Notes under the pieces: generated by a model
Databases searched by the model: none
Seen by the model: only the letters and a program-made list of their open reading frames with translations
What the model was told of the DNA's origin: nothing
Position numbers and translations under genes: made by a program
Shown: positions 39,009-49,640 of the stretch, piece after piece
Layout of the letters: every line of letters begins with the position of its first letter
Numbering within the stretch: the first letter of the stretch is position 1
NCBI GenBank assembly: GCA_032718475.1
Contig: JAUCBJ010004844.1
Location: 1 to 49,640, forward strand
Reading direction: 5' to 3'
Source of the DNA: Nemertoderma westbladi
Taxonomy: Eukaryota; Animalia; Xenacoelomorpha
Length of the DNA: 49,640 nucleotides

Positions 39009-39596
39009 TAATAGCGAAACATGGTAAACGTATGTAAATACAATATCCATGCGGACTTGAAAATAGCCTAATGTTTCCAAATTTAAAAATTTTGCAGTAA
39101 TAATAATTGTATAATAAGAATTTGTTTTTACTACTGTTCTGTTATTATTTTATTGGTAATGTAAATGTATTACATTCTGTGATAAAAATATAGTACTCAT
39201 TTTCATTTTTATAATAAAACTCCTACAATAGAATGCCGCCCCAAATTAGATGAATTGACGCCAAATTAGCACCAAATACCAAAAATTATTATTCAGACCA
39301 AAAATTAATAAATGATTCATTCAATTTCATTCGTTTTTCATTGGGCCTATTTTTATCTGTTTATTATTTATTTGTATTTTATATATAACTACAATTTAGT
39401 TACCTTCTCATCTTTACTGGTTACACATGATATGATTTATTGTTTTGGTTAGAATGTCCGCATCTACCTTCTCACTGTCTTCAATGGGTATTAGATAATC
39501 TTTCCCTATAACCAGATACTTGTCTTACACTGAAATGCATATCGTGTATTGTTTTGGTTAGAAAAGATCGCTCATTTAACCTACTCCATTACCTAC

Positions 39597-40285
39597 TTTG
39601 AAAGCCCTCAGCAAGTCTCTGATCGGATGAGCATAAGCTCAAAGGATGGTATGCTTGAGCATGTGGACGACTTCTGTTACCTGGGATCATGGATCCGGAA
39701 GTCAGGTGAGGACCTTCGAATACGTAAGGGAAAGGCATGGGCAGCCTTGAATAGGCTTTCCAGGATTTGGAAGTCACCGAGAATTAATCGGAAACCTAAG
39801 GTCCGATTATTTAGAGCAGCAGTAGTTCCAGTACTCCTCTACGGGAGTCCATGCTGGGCTCTAACTGCTGAGGACACCAAATCTCTGGATGGCACATTCA
39901 CAAGAATGCTACGCCGGGTTCATTGTGTCAAGTACAATGCACACATCTCCAACCAGACACTATATAACATTGGAGGTGTCTCATTGGTTCCCCCAAGCTT
40001 GACACTAGAACAAAATCGCCTCCGCTTTGCAGGACATTGCTTTCGCCGTGAGGACCAGCCAGTGCATAATCTTGTACTTTGGCAGCCTCATGGAGTGAAT
40101 AAGCATGGTGGACAGCCCATGACTTTCTTGAGACGAATCTTAAAGGACACTGGCCTTAAAGATGCGGATGATCTAGCAAATGTCATGGGTGATAGGGAGT
40201 TCTGGCGGTGCAATTTTGTTGACAAGCCGGCACAGCATTCTTAAAAATGCAGCTGCAATGCAGCATGCCGTTCCTAGTAGTAGTT
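39597..40285 (+). mobile_element. 5'-truncated non-LTR retrotransposon (RTE-clade-like), C-terminal end of the RT ORF
   Basis: LEHVDDFCYLGSWI, KVRLFRAAVVPVLLYGSPCW and RLRFAGHCFRR are typical post-RT motifs of RTE-type LINEs. (TAG)3 tail at 40275-40283. Candidate TSD TTACCTAC at 39589-39596 and 40286-40293. Confidence 0.85.
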
Positions 40286-40897
40286 TTACCTACATTATTG
40301 GAAAGCATTACGTTTATTGTTTTAGTTAGAAAACTATGTAACCAGCACCTAATCCGGAATTGGTACTTTATGATTTTGAAATAATTAATGCCAACGTCAT
40401 ATATGTAAATATTAATCTTGGGGGCTATCTGTATTTATTCTGGAAATTTTTTTATTTGCGGGAATGTGTATTATGTAGCCTATTTATTTTGTGGGAAAAT
40501 GTAATTATTTGGGGAGAATATGAATTTATTTTGGGAAAGTTGTATCAATTTTGGGTCGTTGCAATTATTTTGATACTGATAATTGGCCATTTATTTGTTT
40601 GTTGAATATACAGTGATTGTTTATAGAGAGACTTAATTTTTTGGTATATAATAATTTTTTAGGGTTACTTAAATTGATGTTGAAAATATTTAATAATTTA
40701 TTATGAATAATAGTTTTGTGAAAGTTTTAAGTAAATTTGGGGTAGCCATTTACTTTAATTGGTATAGCCATAAAAAAATAAGTTAAGTAATAGTAGTGTT
40801 CTGTTCATGGTCATCATATAATATAAGAATAGTGATATGAATCTAGAGTACGTGTAGTTTCATAATTAAATTATTTTATTTTCCACAACTTTTTAAG

Positions 40898-42193
40898 TGC
40901 AAAACAGCTGCGGATGCGGAACGCGAAGAATTTATAATATCGGAGACGCGATCTCGTATTCAAATAGATATTGAACACCACCTAGCGGAAATAGACTGCA
41001 ATCACATACCAGTATGCTTTATTGACGCTAGGGACGCTAGGGGGTTCGATTTCCCTCGACTAGAACGACTTATAGAGGCAGAACGGCCGCGGTTTCAGGT
41101 CGGAGTGATCGGGAACAGCGGCGCTGGAAAATCCTCGTTTATAAACACAATCCGAGGTTTATTCGCAGACGACGATTCGGCGGCGAGAGTCGGCGTCGTC
41201 GAGACGACGAAATCCCCGGTATGTTTCCCGCATCCGGAATACAACAACGTGGTGTTCTGGGACCTACCGGGTTGCGGGACCGCCGCGTTCCCTAGCGACG
41301 GTTACCATAACGACGTACCGGTTGCTAAGTACGACGCAGTTATCGTCTACACCAGTCAGCGGTTCCGTGAGGAGGATTTATGGATGGCGATGCGGCTCCG
41401 AGATTTAGGAAAAACGTTTTTCTACGTCCGGGGGAAAATCGACATAGACGTGGCGAGTTACGCACGCTCACGTCGTCTCTCGCTGGGCTGTGCGGCTGAA
41501 CGATGCGTCATCGATGACGTCAGACGAGACATACGTGAGAATTTTAAAAAAGTTGATCTAGATGTCCCTGTGTTCCTAATAGACGCATACAGTTCTAGAA
41601 CGTTCGATTTTCCCGATTTAAAAGTGGCGCTACTTCGCTGTTTGCCCTCTTTTAATGTCGCTGTGGCTGGGCAACCCGGGTCAGGGAAATCTACTTTTAT
41701 AAACTCAATACGCCGTATGACGTCACAACACGTGGGGCTCGCCCCTAGTAGTGTGACGTCATCACCCCTTCTCTACGACGAGATGCCGTATCATGTTGAT
41801 AAACTTCGGTTTACATTGTGGGAAGTCGCGAATAAACTTCCCAGTCGCTTCGAACAATCTCCGCTAATCGAGTTACTTACAGGTTATTGCGACTACTTCA
41901 TTATAGTCGGTACCGAAAGATTCAGACTTTGCGAGAAGCAACTAGCAGACGCGTTGGATAAGAACAAGAAAAGATTCTGTTACGTTAGAACTCGAATAGA
42001 TTGCGACGTCGATGGTTCCAACACCGATATTCTTCGGGATATTCGCAACGATATTCTCTCCCACTTAGGGAAGTATCAAGCAGACACACCGGTATTCCTA
42101 ATCAATGCCCGCAGAGTTTCTTGTTACGATATCTTGAAAATGAAATTTAAATTTTTACCGGAATTATCCGCATATTTAACAAAAATAATATGA
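40898..42193 (+). CDS. Exon 2 of the triple-domain IRG/IIGP-like (interferon-inducible GTPase family) protein: end of domain 1 plus domains 2 and 3
   Basis: Acceptor TTTTAAG|TGC, phase 0, in frame with ORF 41105-42193. Adds PVCFIDARDARGFDFPRL. Domain 2: GNSGAGKSSFINTIRGL, VGVVETT, WDLPGCGT, VRGKID, FDFPDL. Domain 3: GQPGSGKSTFINSIR, VRTRID. Confidence 0.88.
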   Translation, partial: CKTAADAEREEFIISETRSRIQIDIEHHLAEIDCNHIPVCFIDARDARGFDFPRLERLIEAERPRFQVGVIGNSGAGKSSFINTIRGLFADDDSAARVGVVETTKSPVCFPHPEYNNVVFWDLPGCGTAAFPSDGYHNDVPVAKYDAVIVYTSQRFREEDLWMAMRLRDLGKTFFYVRGKIDIDVASYARSRRLSLGCAAERCVIDDVRRDIRENFKKVDLDVPVFLIDAYSSRTFDFPDLKVALLRCLPSFNVAVAGQPGSGKSTFINSIRRMTSQHVGLAPSSVTSSPLLYDEMPYHVDKLRFTLWEVANKLPSRFEQSPLIELLTGYCDYFIIVGTERFRLCEKQLADALDKNKKRFCYVRTRIDCDVDGSNTDILRDIRNDILSHLGKYQADTPVFLINARRVSCYDILKMKFKFLPELSAYLTKII

Positions 42194-42829
42194 AAACTCA
42201 ATAGCATATAGGAAACCATCTGTTTTAGAATTCGAATTGGGAATTTCCGACACACTATTTCAACCTCTATGTGGTCAATTCTGGCCTGAAATGTTGTGCT
42301 TATTTATTGGGTGTTTTTTTTTATGAGGTGTCTAATTAACTTAAGGGGGGTAGTAGTACACAAATTTTATCCATACAAACTACTATTAAAGCCTCGGTAC
42401 ACTTTTAGAACGCATTAGATTAGTTTATAGGCCAACTGTTCTAGCATTCCAACTAGAATTTAACGGGCTGTCAGGTTGACCAATTGGTTTTTTTGAATTT
42501 CAATTTTTTGTTCATATATTTAGCTATTTTTTGAAAAATTGTCCTAATTTTCAAAAAATTTAGCCAAATAATTAGTATCACAAACATTACAATCGGTGCT
42601 TATGCATACAGAATATAAAAAAAACTAATTGTTCTACGTTATTCTAAGGTAAAAAATTATCCTAGGTGAAAAGATTCCAAGAAAAAAGCCCCAACAATAA
42701 CTAAGAAACATGTACCGAAAGAATTCTAAAACTCTTTTTGAGAAAAATCCAGTTAAATTTTGAAACTTCCCGCGCGAAAACTGTCTGTTATTATGAAATA
42801 ATGTCTGTCAATATATACCTAGCAAAAAG

Positions 42830-43400
42830 AAAGCATAAAACCATGCTAAGATTTTTGCTATGGGGGTTTTCCCGGTCGCTGATTTCATTTCTGAGGTCAG
42901 TTTTCACTTTTAATGAAATCTTGTATGTTTGTCTGTCGGTATTTCTAACTATCCGACAATCTGGTCAAATATAAGAAAAGGGCATATAATCTAGTTAAAA
43001 GATTAGCTAGAGGGGTATTCCTGTTCGCAGAATTCATTTCGAGTGTCAGTTTTGACACTTGATGACTTCCAACTTGTCTGTTTGGCAGTCAGTCTGTCGG
43101 ATATATTTTGACGGACAGACTGACAGGCATACAGACAGAAACGACGAGGCCAAATTTGAATACTGACATCAGAAATTAAGTCACCGAACACGAAACCCAT
43201 ATAGGGCTTTTTTTAGACAGACAGTTTGCTTCTGATTGACGGACAGACATACTGACGGACAAACCGACAGTCAATCGGACCGACAGCCATATTTCGAGAA
43301 GTAAGACAGATCTTGCTAAAAAAATTGAAAGAAAAAATTTGAATGAACTCATTTATATCTATGGGCGAAATCCGAAGTAAACATACGGATTAAAAGGGGT
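42830..43400. mobile_element. Degenerate non-autonomous DNA-element remnant with internal inverted repeats and GACAGAC/GACGGAC microsatellite
   Basis: About 42858-42908 is an imperfect inverted copy of about 43155-43205, with many (C)AGAC/GGAC units. Family not determined. Confidence 0.4.
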
Positions 43401-43529
43401 TAAAATATTATTTATTTTTGTATTAGATGTTGTTTTCTTTCAAAGAACAGTATATTACAGTATATATATATTGTTCACACTTCTGGAGAAATAATTAGTT
43501 AGTTTAGATAATAATTTTATATGACTTGG

Positions 43530-44070
43530 GATATAAGGTATAACTTTTTTTCTCTATTCTCGAGGTATTTTAATTTCAAAGTGCCGCCAGCGAGGTTATT
43601 AAAAGGTTGAGAGAATATTGAAAAATATGTTAAACGTTTTTTCCCATGTAATACGTAATTTTATTCTTAACTTGGTACTTTTTTGTTGCTCGATTCTTTA
43701 GTAAAATATAGAGCGAAGTAATGTTGCAAAATAAATTAAACTGGATTTCACTATACTGCTACCATATGTAGTTCGTGCGATTCAAATAATTGCACTCTTC
43801 AACTCCCAATGCTGCCTTACTCAAGGTTAAATATAATTTAGTGTTCTGGAATATTTATTACGTAACTAGAGAGCAACTAATAACTTACTACATAAACCAA
43901 TATTGGACAAAGTTGCAATAACTTTTGAGCGTTTGAATGGATTTTGCTAAAATTACTTCCAAACATTTTTCTTATTCGATGCTCTTTCAACACATGCAAT
44001 AAAATTTAAGAAATTCCCCCAAAAATGTTTTATTTTACTTTTTGCGCCGGGGAAAAAAAGTAAAATCAAA
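43530..44070 (+). repeat. Dispersed repeat copy 1 (unclassified non-autonomous element)
   Basis: Collinear blocks shared with 46220-46950: CTATTCTCGAGG, GAGAGAATATTGAAAAA, CCCATGTAATACGTAATTTTA, ATGCTGCCTTACTCAA, ATGCTCTTTCAACACAT. Confidence 0.75.
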
Positions 44071-44766
44071 GCAATACTATGAGTCACTATTTTACCATGG
44101 GAACAAATTGCTCCTTTTTCTCCCATCCAGAATTAACTCTCACAACGGAAACGGCCCACATTATCTCACTATCTGACTATTAATTAATGTGGCATTAGCA
44201 GCCCGATTAGATAGGATTCACATTGTCCCAGACACATTACATTCACATTTGAACTTCTGACAGTATGGTATTTTTTCCAAAAAATGTTCTAGAAAATAAA
44301 CGTGTTCTATAACCAAAATATTTATCAAAATTGATAACTAACACTTGTTCTATAACATGTTTACAACATATTTACAACATACATATTTACAACATATTTA
44401 CAACATACATATTTACACACAACAACATATATTTAAATGTTTACAATGCAAACTTGTTAATTAATAAGTATTATTAAATACATCCCATTTGAATTTTGTG
44501 TAACTTTTATTCTAATATTATTATCGTATTATAAAAAGTGCCCTTTTTTAGCAGCTGCCCCCGTCGCACAAATTTGCTTCCGGCGTCCCTGGGTATATCC
44601 GAGCGAAACAGTAACAAAATAATAATTTAGTAAAGCTTAACTAATGTATGACATGGATAGTTTCTACTCTGTTTTGAGACTTGCATTGTAAGTAAGTTTT
44701 GTTACACTGTCTATTTCTTAACTATCCAGTGAACGGAATAGGATTGAAATCTAATGAGGAATTAAT

Positions 44767-45843
44767 TTAATGAATATATTTTTTTTTAAACCATGACATT
44801 CCTTTTTGTTTAGCACAATGTTGGATCCTTTCACTACTGCTGACGGTCCTGTCTTTCAGACTCGCATCAAATGTTCTATACCTAGCGCTCGTGAAACAAT
44901 TCATCAATGGGCTGTTTAACTGCTCCATAATCCACATTCTTATATCTTTAAGAACTTGTTCCCTCACCTCTGGTTTCTCATTCAATAAACTGTGTTTGCA
45001 ATCAAAATAAGCTACGAAATCTTTTACGGAACTACGCGACTTTATAAACAAATTTTTAGCCCCTTTAATGTTGCAAACATCGTCTGCAGTCCCGTGTTGT
45101 ATTAGGAAATTCCATCCTACTTTACGGAAATTCGATATATTTATTGATGTCTGTTTGACGATATTGTCTGCAGATTGCAGGTCCATATTGCCTCGGTATA
45201 ACCATTTATCGCCACTACTGGTCGCGGAGGTCAGCCTGCGTACGGCGGTACCTTTTAACCGGTAGTTAGGGAGAACCCCACGCAATGCTTTCAACGCAAT
45301 CCGTGTTGCCGTGTTTATTTTGTTGCATAGCAACGCGCTGTTTAGTACCACACCTTCGAATAATTCTGGTTCGTATTGAGCCGCACCAAATGCGATAGCA
45401 CCTCCCAACGAGTGGCCAAATAGGAACACGGGTAGGTTATACTTACTCTTCATTTCTCTGGCGTGGCATACTACATCGCTAATAAGATTGCGAAAGTCTC
45501 TTACGCAGCCCATACTTGTCTTCCCTGTGTCCTCGTCTGGCAAACTGCGCCCGTGGTATTCGTGATCATGTCCGAACACTATATGGCCATCTTTGACCAA
45601 AATAGTAGCCACTTCTTGCCATCCCAATATGTGCCCCGCCCATCCGTGGCTCAGATATATCAACGACTTAGGCGCCGGCGCGCAATCCGAAGGTAGCCAC
45701 ACTGCGGTGAACAATGGAATTCCTCTCGAACCAACAAACTCTGATATAACTGGGTTGATTTGAATTTCCGGAGTATTGGTATTCCTCGATGTATCTGGTA
45801 CTGTCTGATCGATGGTGATACTATTGACTGGATCACCATTTCT
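44767..45843 (-). CDS. Monoacylglycerol lipase / lysophospholipase-like alpha/beta hydrolase; 5' end unresolved
   Basis: SHGW oxyanion motif, DHEYHGRS, GHSLGG nucleophile elbow, QHGTADDVC Asp and KHSLLNE His. The frame stays open 43 codons upstream of 45714 (EFVGSRGIPLFTAVWLP) to a TAG at 45844-45846, with no in-frame ATG. Confidence 0.85.
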   Translation of the reverse strand, partial: RNGDPVNSITIDQTVPDTSRNTNTPEIQINPVISEFVGSRGIPLFTAVWLPSDCAPAPKSLIYLSHGWAGHILGWQEVATILVKDGHIVFGHDHEYHGRSLPDEDTGKTSMGCVRDFRNLISDVVCHAREMKSKYNLPVFLFGHSLGGAIAFGAAQYEPELFEGVVLNSALLCNKINTATRIALKALRGVLPNYRLKGTAVRRLTSATSSGDKWLYRGNMDLQSADNIVKQTSINISNFRKVGWNFLIQHGTADDVCNIKGAKNLFIKSRSSVKDFVAYFDCKHSLLNEKPEVREQVLKDIRMWIMEQLNSPLMNCFTSARYRTFDASLKDRTVSSSERIQHCAKQKGMSWFKKKYIH

Positions 45844-46219
45844 CTACTTTAGTATTTTTTACGGCTATCGCCCTGTGACACCCCCTCCACTCTTGCTAGT
45901 TTGTTCTAAGTATTTATAATTGTTTTAGAACATGTTAGCCATATGCATTTTTTATGTAATGCATCTTATTAAGACATAATATTTAATGTGGAAACACATT
46001 TATATAACTCTAATAAGTTTATTTAAGCTGAGAGAAATCATTACAATTTTCACAAAGTTGTAGATTTTTAGGTTTACAATGATATTCAATATGTGTTACG
46101 ATGTAAGATTTGTTACCTATGCATACCTCAGCGCTCAGCGTATTCCTCAGCAAAATTCTGATTATTTTTACGCAGTAGAGGGAGGTCATAACTATATACG
46201 TCTTTGTTCATAAAATGGT

Positions 46220-46950
46220 TATTACATGGAAAAAGTATAACTTTTTGTCACTATTCTCGAGGAATTTTATTTGCCGATCGTGAGCGAGGTTAATAAAGGG
46301 TCGAGAGAATATTGAAAAAAAATGTTATACGTTTTATCCCATGTAATACGTAATTTTAATCGTAAATTTGTATTTTTTGTTGCTCAATCCGTTAATAAAA
46401 TATAAACAATATACAATAGTGTTACAAAATAAATTGGGCACTGGTTAAGAATAGGGGGGATCCTCCTAAATGCTGATTTCAGAATCACAATAATTCACAT
46501 CAAATAACAAAAAAAATTGAAAAGTAAAGGAGCATGTCACATTGTTACCCAGAATCAACCAAAACAATAAACTATTTGAAATAAATTGAACTGTAGTATT
46601 TTACTATTGCATCCATAGTTACTGCGAATCAAATTATTGTACTCCCAAATTCTTGTAAACTCTTGATGCTGCCTTACTCAATGTTAAATAATTTAATGTT
46701 CTCGAATATTTATTATGTAACTAGTGAGCCGCTTAACAACATAAACCAATATTGGATATTAAGTTCCGTTTTGGAGTACGCCGCGCAGACACTAAATTTG
46801 CCATAACTTTTGAGTGCTTGCATGGATTTTGCTCAAATTACGTGTAAACCTTTTCTACTTCAATGCTCTTTCAACACATATAATAAAATTGAATAAATTC
46901 CACCAAAAAATATTTTATTTTACTTTTCTCGCCGGGAAAACTTTTACTTT
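46220..46950 (+). repeat. Dispersed repeat copy 2, with a 5' internal inverted repeat
   Basis: Homologous to 43530-44070. TTACATGGAAAAAGTATAAC pairs imperfectly with GTTATACGTTTTATCCCATGTAA. Confidence 0.75.
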
Positions 46951-47369
46951 TATTCCCTAGGGATAAAAGTGAAACGTTTATCTACCGATTTTGGGTATAT
47001 TAGAGCGAAAACCTAACTATTTAAGAATAAAAGTATTCATTTTTAATTATTATTATTATGTTCATTTATATTTTGTTCTTCCAAACAATAAGCACAACAA
47101 AATTTCTACAGTTCAAATATGTTCTAGAACATTAGCTATTGTCAAGTTTTGGCACTATAGCTAACCACTGTATTTTTTAAATACAGTATCTGAATTAATT
47201 TCATGGTAGTTTAAAAATTTTCTGGTGATGGGGCTTAGTTGTTGGTTAACTAAAGTCAGGCTTAAGTGAGGCCGCCGCCACGAACATTTTACAGTATTTA
47301 CTTAAAAGTGTAGTACAGGCTCTATAATACAGATAATTAAAGGTCGACATACTGACTCACAGGGGGCTA

Positions 47370-48050
47370 TTGTATATATATAAAATAAACAGGTTAAACC
47401 TCGAGTCTTACATCCCACAAACTGACAAAAAACATAGAATCAGGACATTAACGCCCAATATAGTACTCAGCCACTAGGGCCATCAAAAACCGCAAAAAAA
47501 AATACAAACAAACAACAACATAGGCTAAACAAAAAACACAAATATATTAAATCTACTCCACATACAGGTATGCATCGCACCCTAACCCTAAGCCTAAACA
47601 CCATACACTAAATGATACCGGTAGTATACTGCACAAAAGCTAAGCCTATATTCTATAAGAAAATATGACATTTTGTCGCCGTAAAATGGGTAGACAAAAT
47701 TAATTATTTTTGCCCTAACTCTACCTCCTTTACGGCGACAAAATGTCATATATTTTCTTATAGAGTATAGGCTTAGCTTTTTAGCAGTATAATACCGGTA
47801 TCATTTAGTGTATGGCGGTTATGTTTAGGGTTTTGGTGGCGATAAATACCTGTATGTTGAGCATGTTCATGTTCAATATGTTTGTTTTTTGTTTGTTGTT
47901 TTTTGTTTGTCTTTTTTTGTTTGTTTTGTTTGTGGTTTTTGATGGCCCTAGTGGCTGAGTACTATTTTGGGCGTTAATGTCCTGATTCAATGTTTTTTGT
48001 TAGTTTGTGGGGTGTAAGACTCGAGGTTTTATCTGTTTATTTACTATAAT
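47370..48050. mobile_element. Foldback/MITE-like element with long imperfect inverted arms of about 300 bp
   Basis: AAACCTCGAGTCTTAC...AGTACTCAGCCACTAGGGCCATCAAAAACC...ATGACATTTTGTCGCCGTAAA is mirrored at 47729-48030 around a spacer of about 43 bp. Confidence 0.8.
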
Positions 48051-48051
48051 A

Positions 48052-48719
48052 CAGTATGCATGTGTACCCATGGCCATATTAATTTAGGCCTACTATAGCT
48101 AGTTTTTGCTACATTTTTTTTAGAGCTATTATAGCTATTGTTAAGTAATAAAAATTATGTTCTAGAACAAATATTTTTTCTTCTAGAACATTTAAAAAAA
48201 TTATTAAATATTGGTTATTATGTGTAATAAATAGTTTATTTATCTACTGTATAAACATTAAAAAATACAAATTATCAGGCAAGCTAGAGATTTTCCAAGT
48301 TTAGCTATCTTTTAAAAAAAAATTCAGAAATTATTTGTTATGTGTAATAAATTGTTTAATTATGAATAAACATTATTAATATATAGCTACTAATTCCCAG
48401 GCTAGCTAGTGATTTTGCAAGTTAGCTATTATTTAAAAAAACTGAAAAAAGTTTTTTTTTTAATGAAGGCTAAACTTGCAAAATCACTAGCTAGCCTGGG
48501 AATTAGTAGCTATTAACGTTGATAGATAATTAAACAATTTATTACACATAACAAATAATTTCCAATGAATTCTTTTTTTTAATGTTCTAGAACAAAAAAT
48601 ATTTGTTCTAGAACATTTTTTTTTTTACAAAACTATAGCTAATATGACATAGAACATTTAAAAAAAAGTAGCAAAAACTAGCTACTACAAAAAAATCACG
48701 GTCATGAGTACACATACTG
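48052..48719. mobile_element. Tc1/mariner-type MITE (near-complete palindrome)
   Basis: TA|CAGTATG...CATACTG|TA termini. Internal arms TAGCTACTAATTCCCAGGCTAGCTAGTGATTTTGCAAGTT and its reverse complement lie at about 48384-48423 and 48473-48512. Confidence 0.8.
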
Positions 48720-49640
48720 TAGTAGTTGTTACAAAGTTTACGGTAACTATCAGTCAAACATTAACTTGATTTCAAAATAAGTTCACTGCTACATTAAATG
48801 ATAAATTATAGTTTGTGCACCACAGTTGAATTATCTTGCGATCGAATATATTTCCAATTAAATAAACATTCTGGAATATTTAATTGTTATCTTATGAAAT
48901 AGAAGACTAAGCAAGCACACCATACCACAATCAATTAGCTTAACTTAATAAGCAAAACCTAAGATATCTTTAGGTCTATTATTATCATAAATTAGTTAGT
49001 TAAAACACAAAATTACGACACTAGCTAAAGTTCTATAATAAATAAGCAGATATAAATTAGTTGGCATGCTTTGGAGGAACAAAAATAAAAATTATAATTT
49101 TCACAAAATCTTTGATTTTTTGACATACATTATATGTCCTAGTAATGTTTGCTATTTAATTATAAAGCATGTAATTAGGTAGTACATTTTGCCTACATGG
49201 CCAAGTGTTTAGGACTCCTTGAGATGGTCCAATTTACTGGATTTGGACACTATACTCCAGGACATCATGGTAAAGACATTTTTAAGTACATTTTTTAAAT
49301 TTTACTAGCTATTATTATTTCTAGCAACCATCTTTTACATTTGAATGTAAACAATACACATGAGAGAAAATTCAAAATCTGGTTGGTAACGCAGGCAATA
49401 GATGCACCTAATTGATAATGTCACTTCTTCACTTGGTCCCCCCCCCCCCCCCCCCACCCCTCTTCGCACCTTCATTTAAGTTTTAACATAGTAACAACTA
49501 TAATTTGTTACAATTAATAGTGGGCATGAAGATGGATCATTTCTTTTTTATTAAACATATTATTTGTGGTTGGTGTTTACTAAAACACTAATTAGACCTA
49601 ACATTATAAAATACTAATTAATATAAAAAGCGGTTTGTTT

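Noticed and set aside
41105-42193. Stand-alone 362-aa gene starting at GTG 41105
   Set aside because: The frame extends 69 codons upstream to a splice acceptor and encodes the missing end of domain 1.
42341-42361. TTAAGGGGGGTAGTAG as a TTAA-type transposon end
   Set aside because: No matching inverted terminus found in the window.
44355-44450. Short TTTACAACATA repeat; also poly-C at about 49438-49460
   Set aside because: Ordinary simple repeats with no supporting context.

Overview
AT-rich eukaryotic DNA, most likely an invertebrate animal (spliceosomal GT-AG intron, LINE, LTR element, MITEs; no prokaryotic features). About two thirds is repeat. (1) A three-tier satellite cassette (simple microsatellite, then a 43-bp palindromic satellite, then a 200-bp tandem repeat) occurs three times. 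Each copy is followed by the same upstream region and first exon of an IRG-like GTPase gene. (2) Only the third copy continues into a second exon (38069-38467 joined to 40898-42193). It gives a predicted 564-aa protein made of three tandem immunity-related-GTPase-like G domains, with a canonical middle domain and degenerate flanks. (3) A young 7.1-kb LTR element (17909-24992; TG...CA LTRs of about 528 bp, GTATC target-site duplication, empty site visible at about 30864) has one intact 1193-aa BEL/Pao-Gag-like ORF and no pol. In place of pol it has about 30 short hairpins in C-poor linkers. (4) There is also an RTE-type LINE 3' fragment in the GTPase intron, an uninterrupted monoacylglycerol-lipase-like ORF on the minus strand, and several MITE/foldback elements. 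All calls come from reading the sequence by eye; no database search was run.
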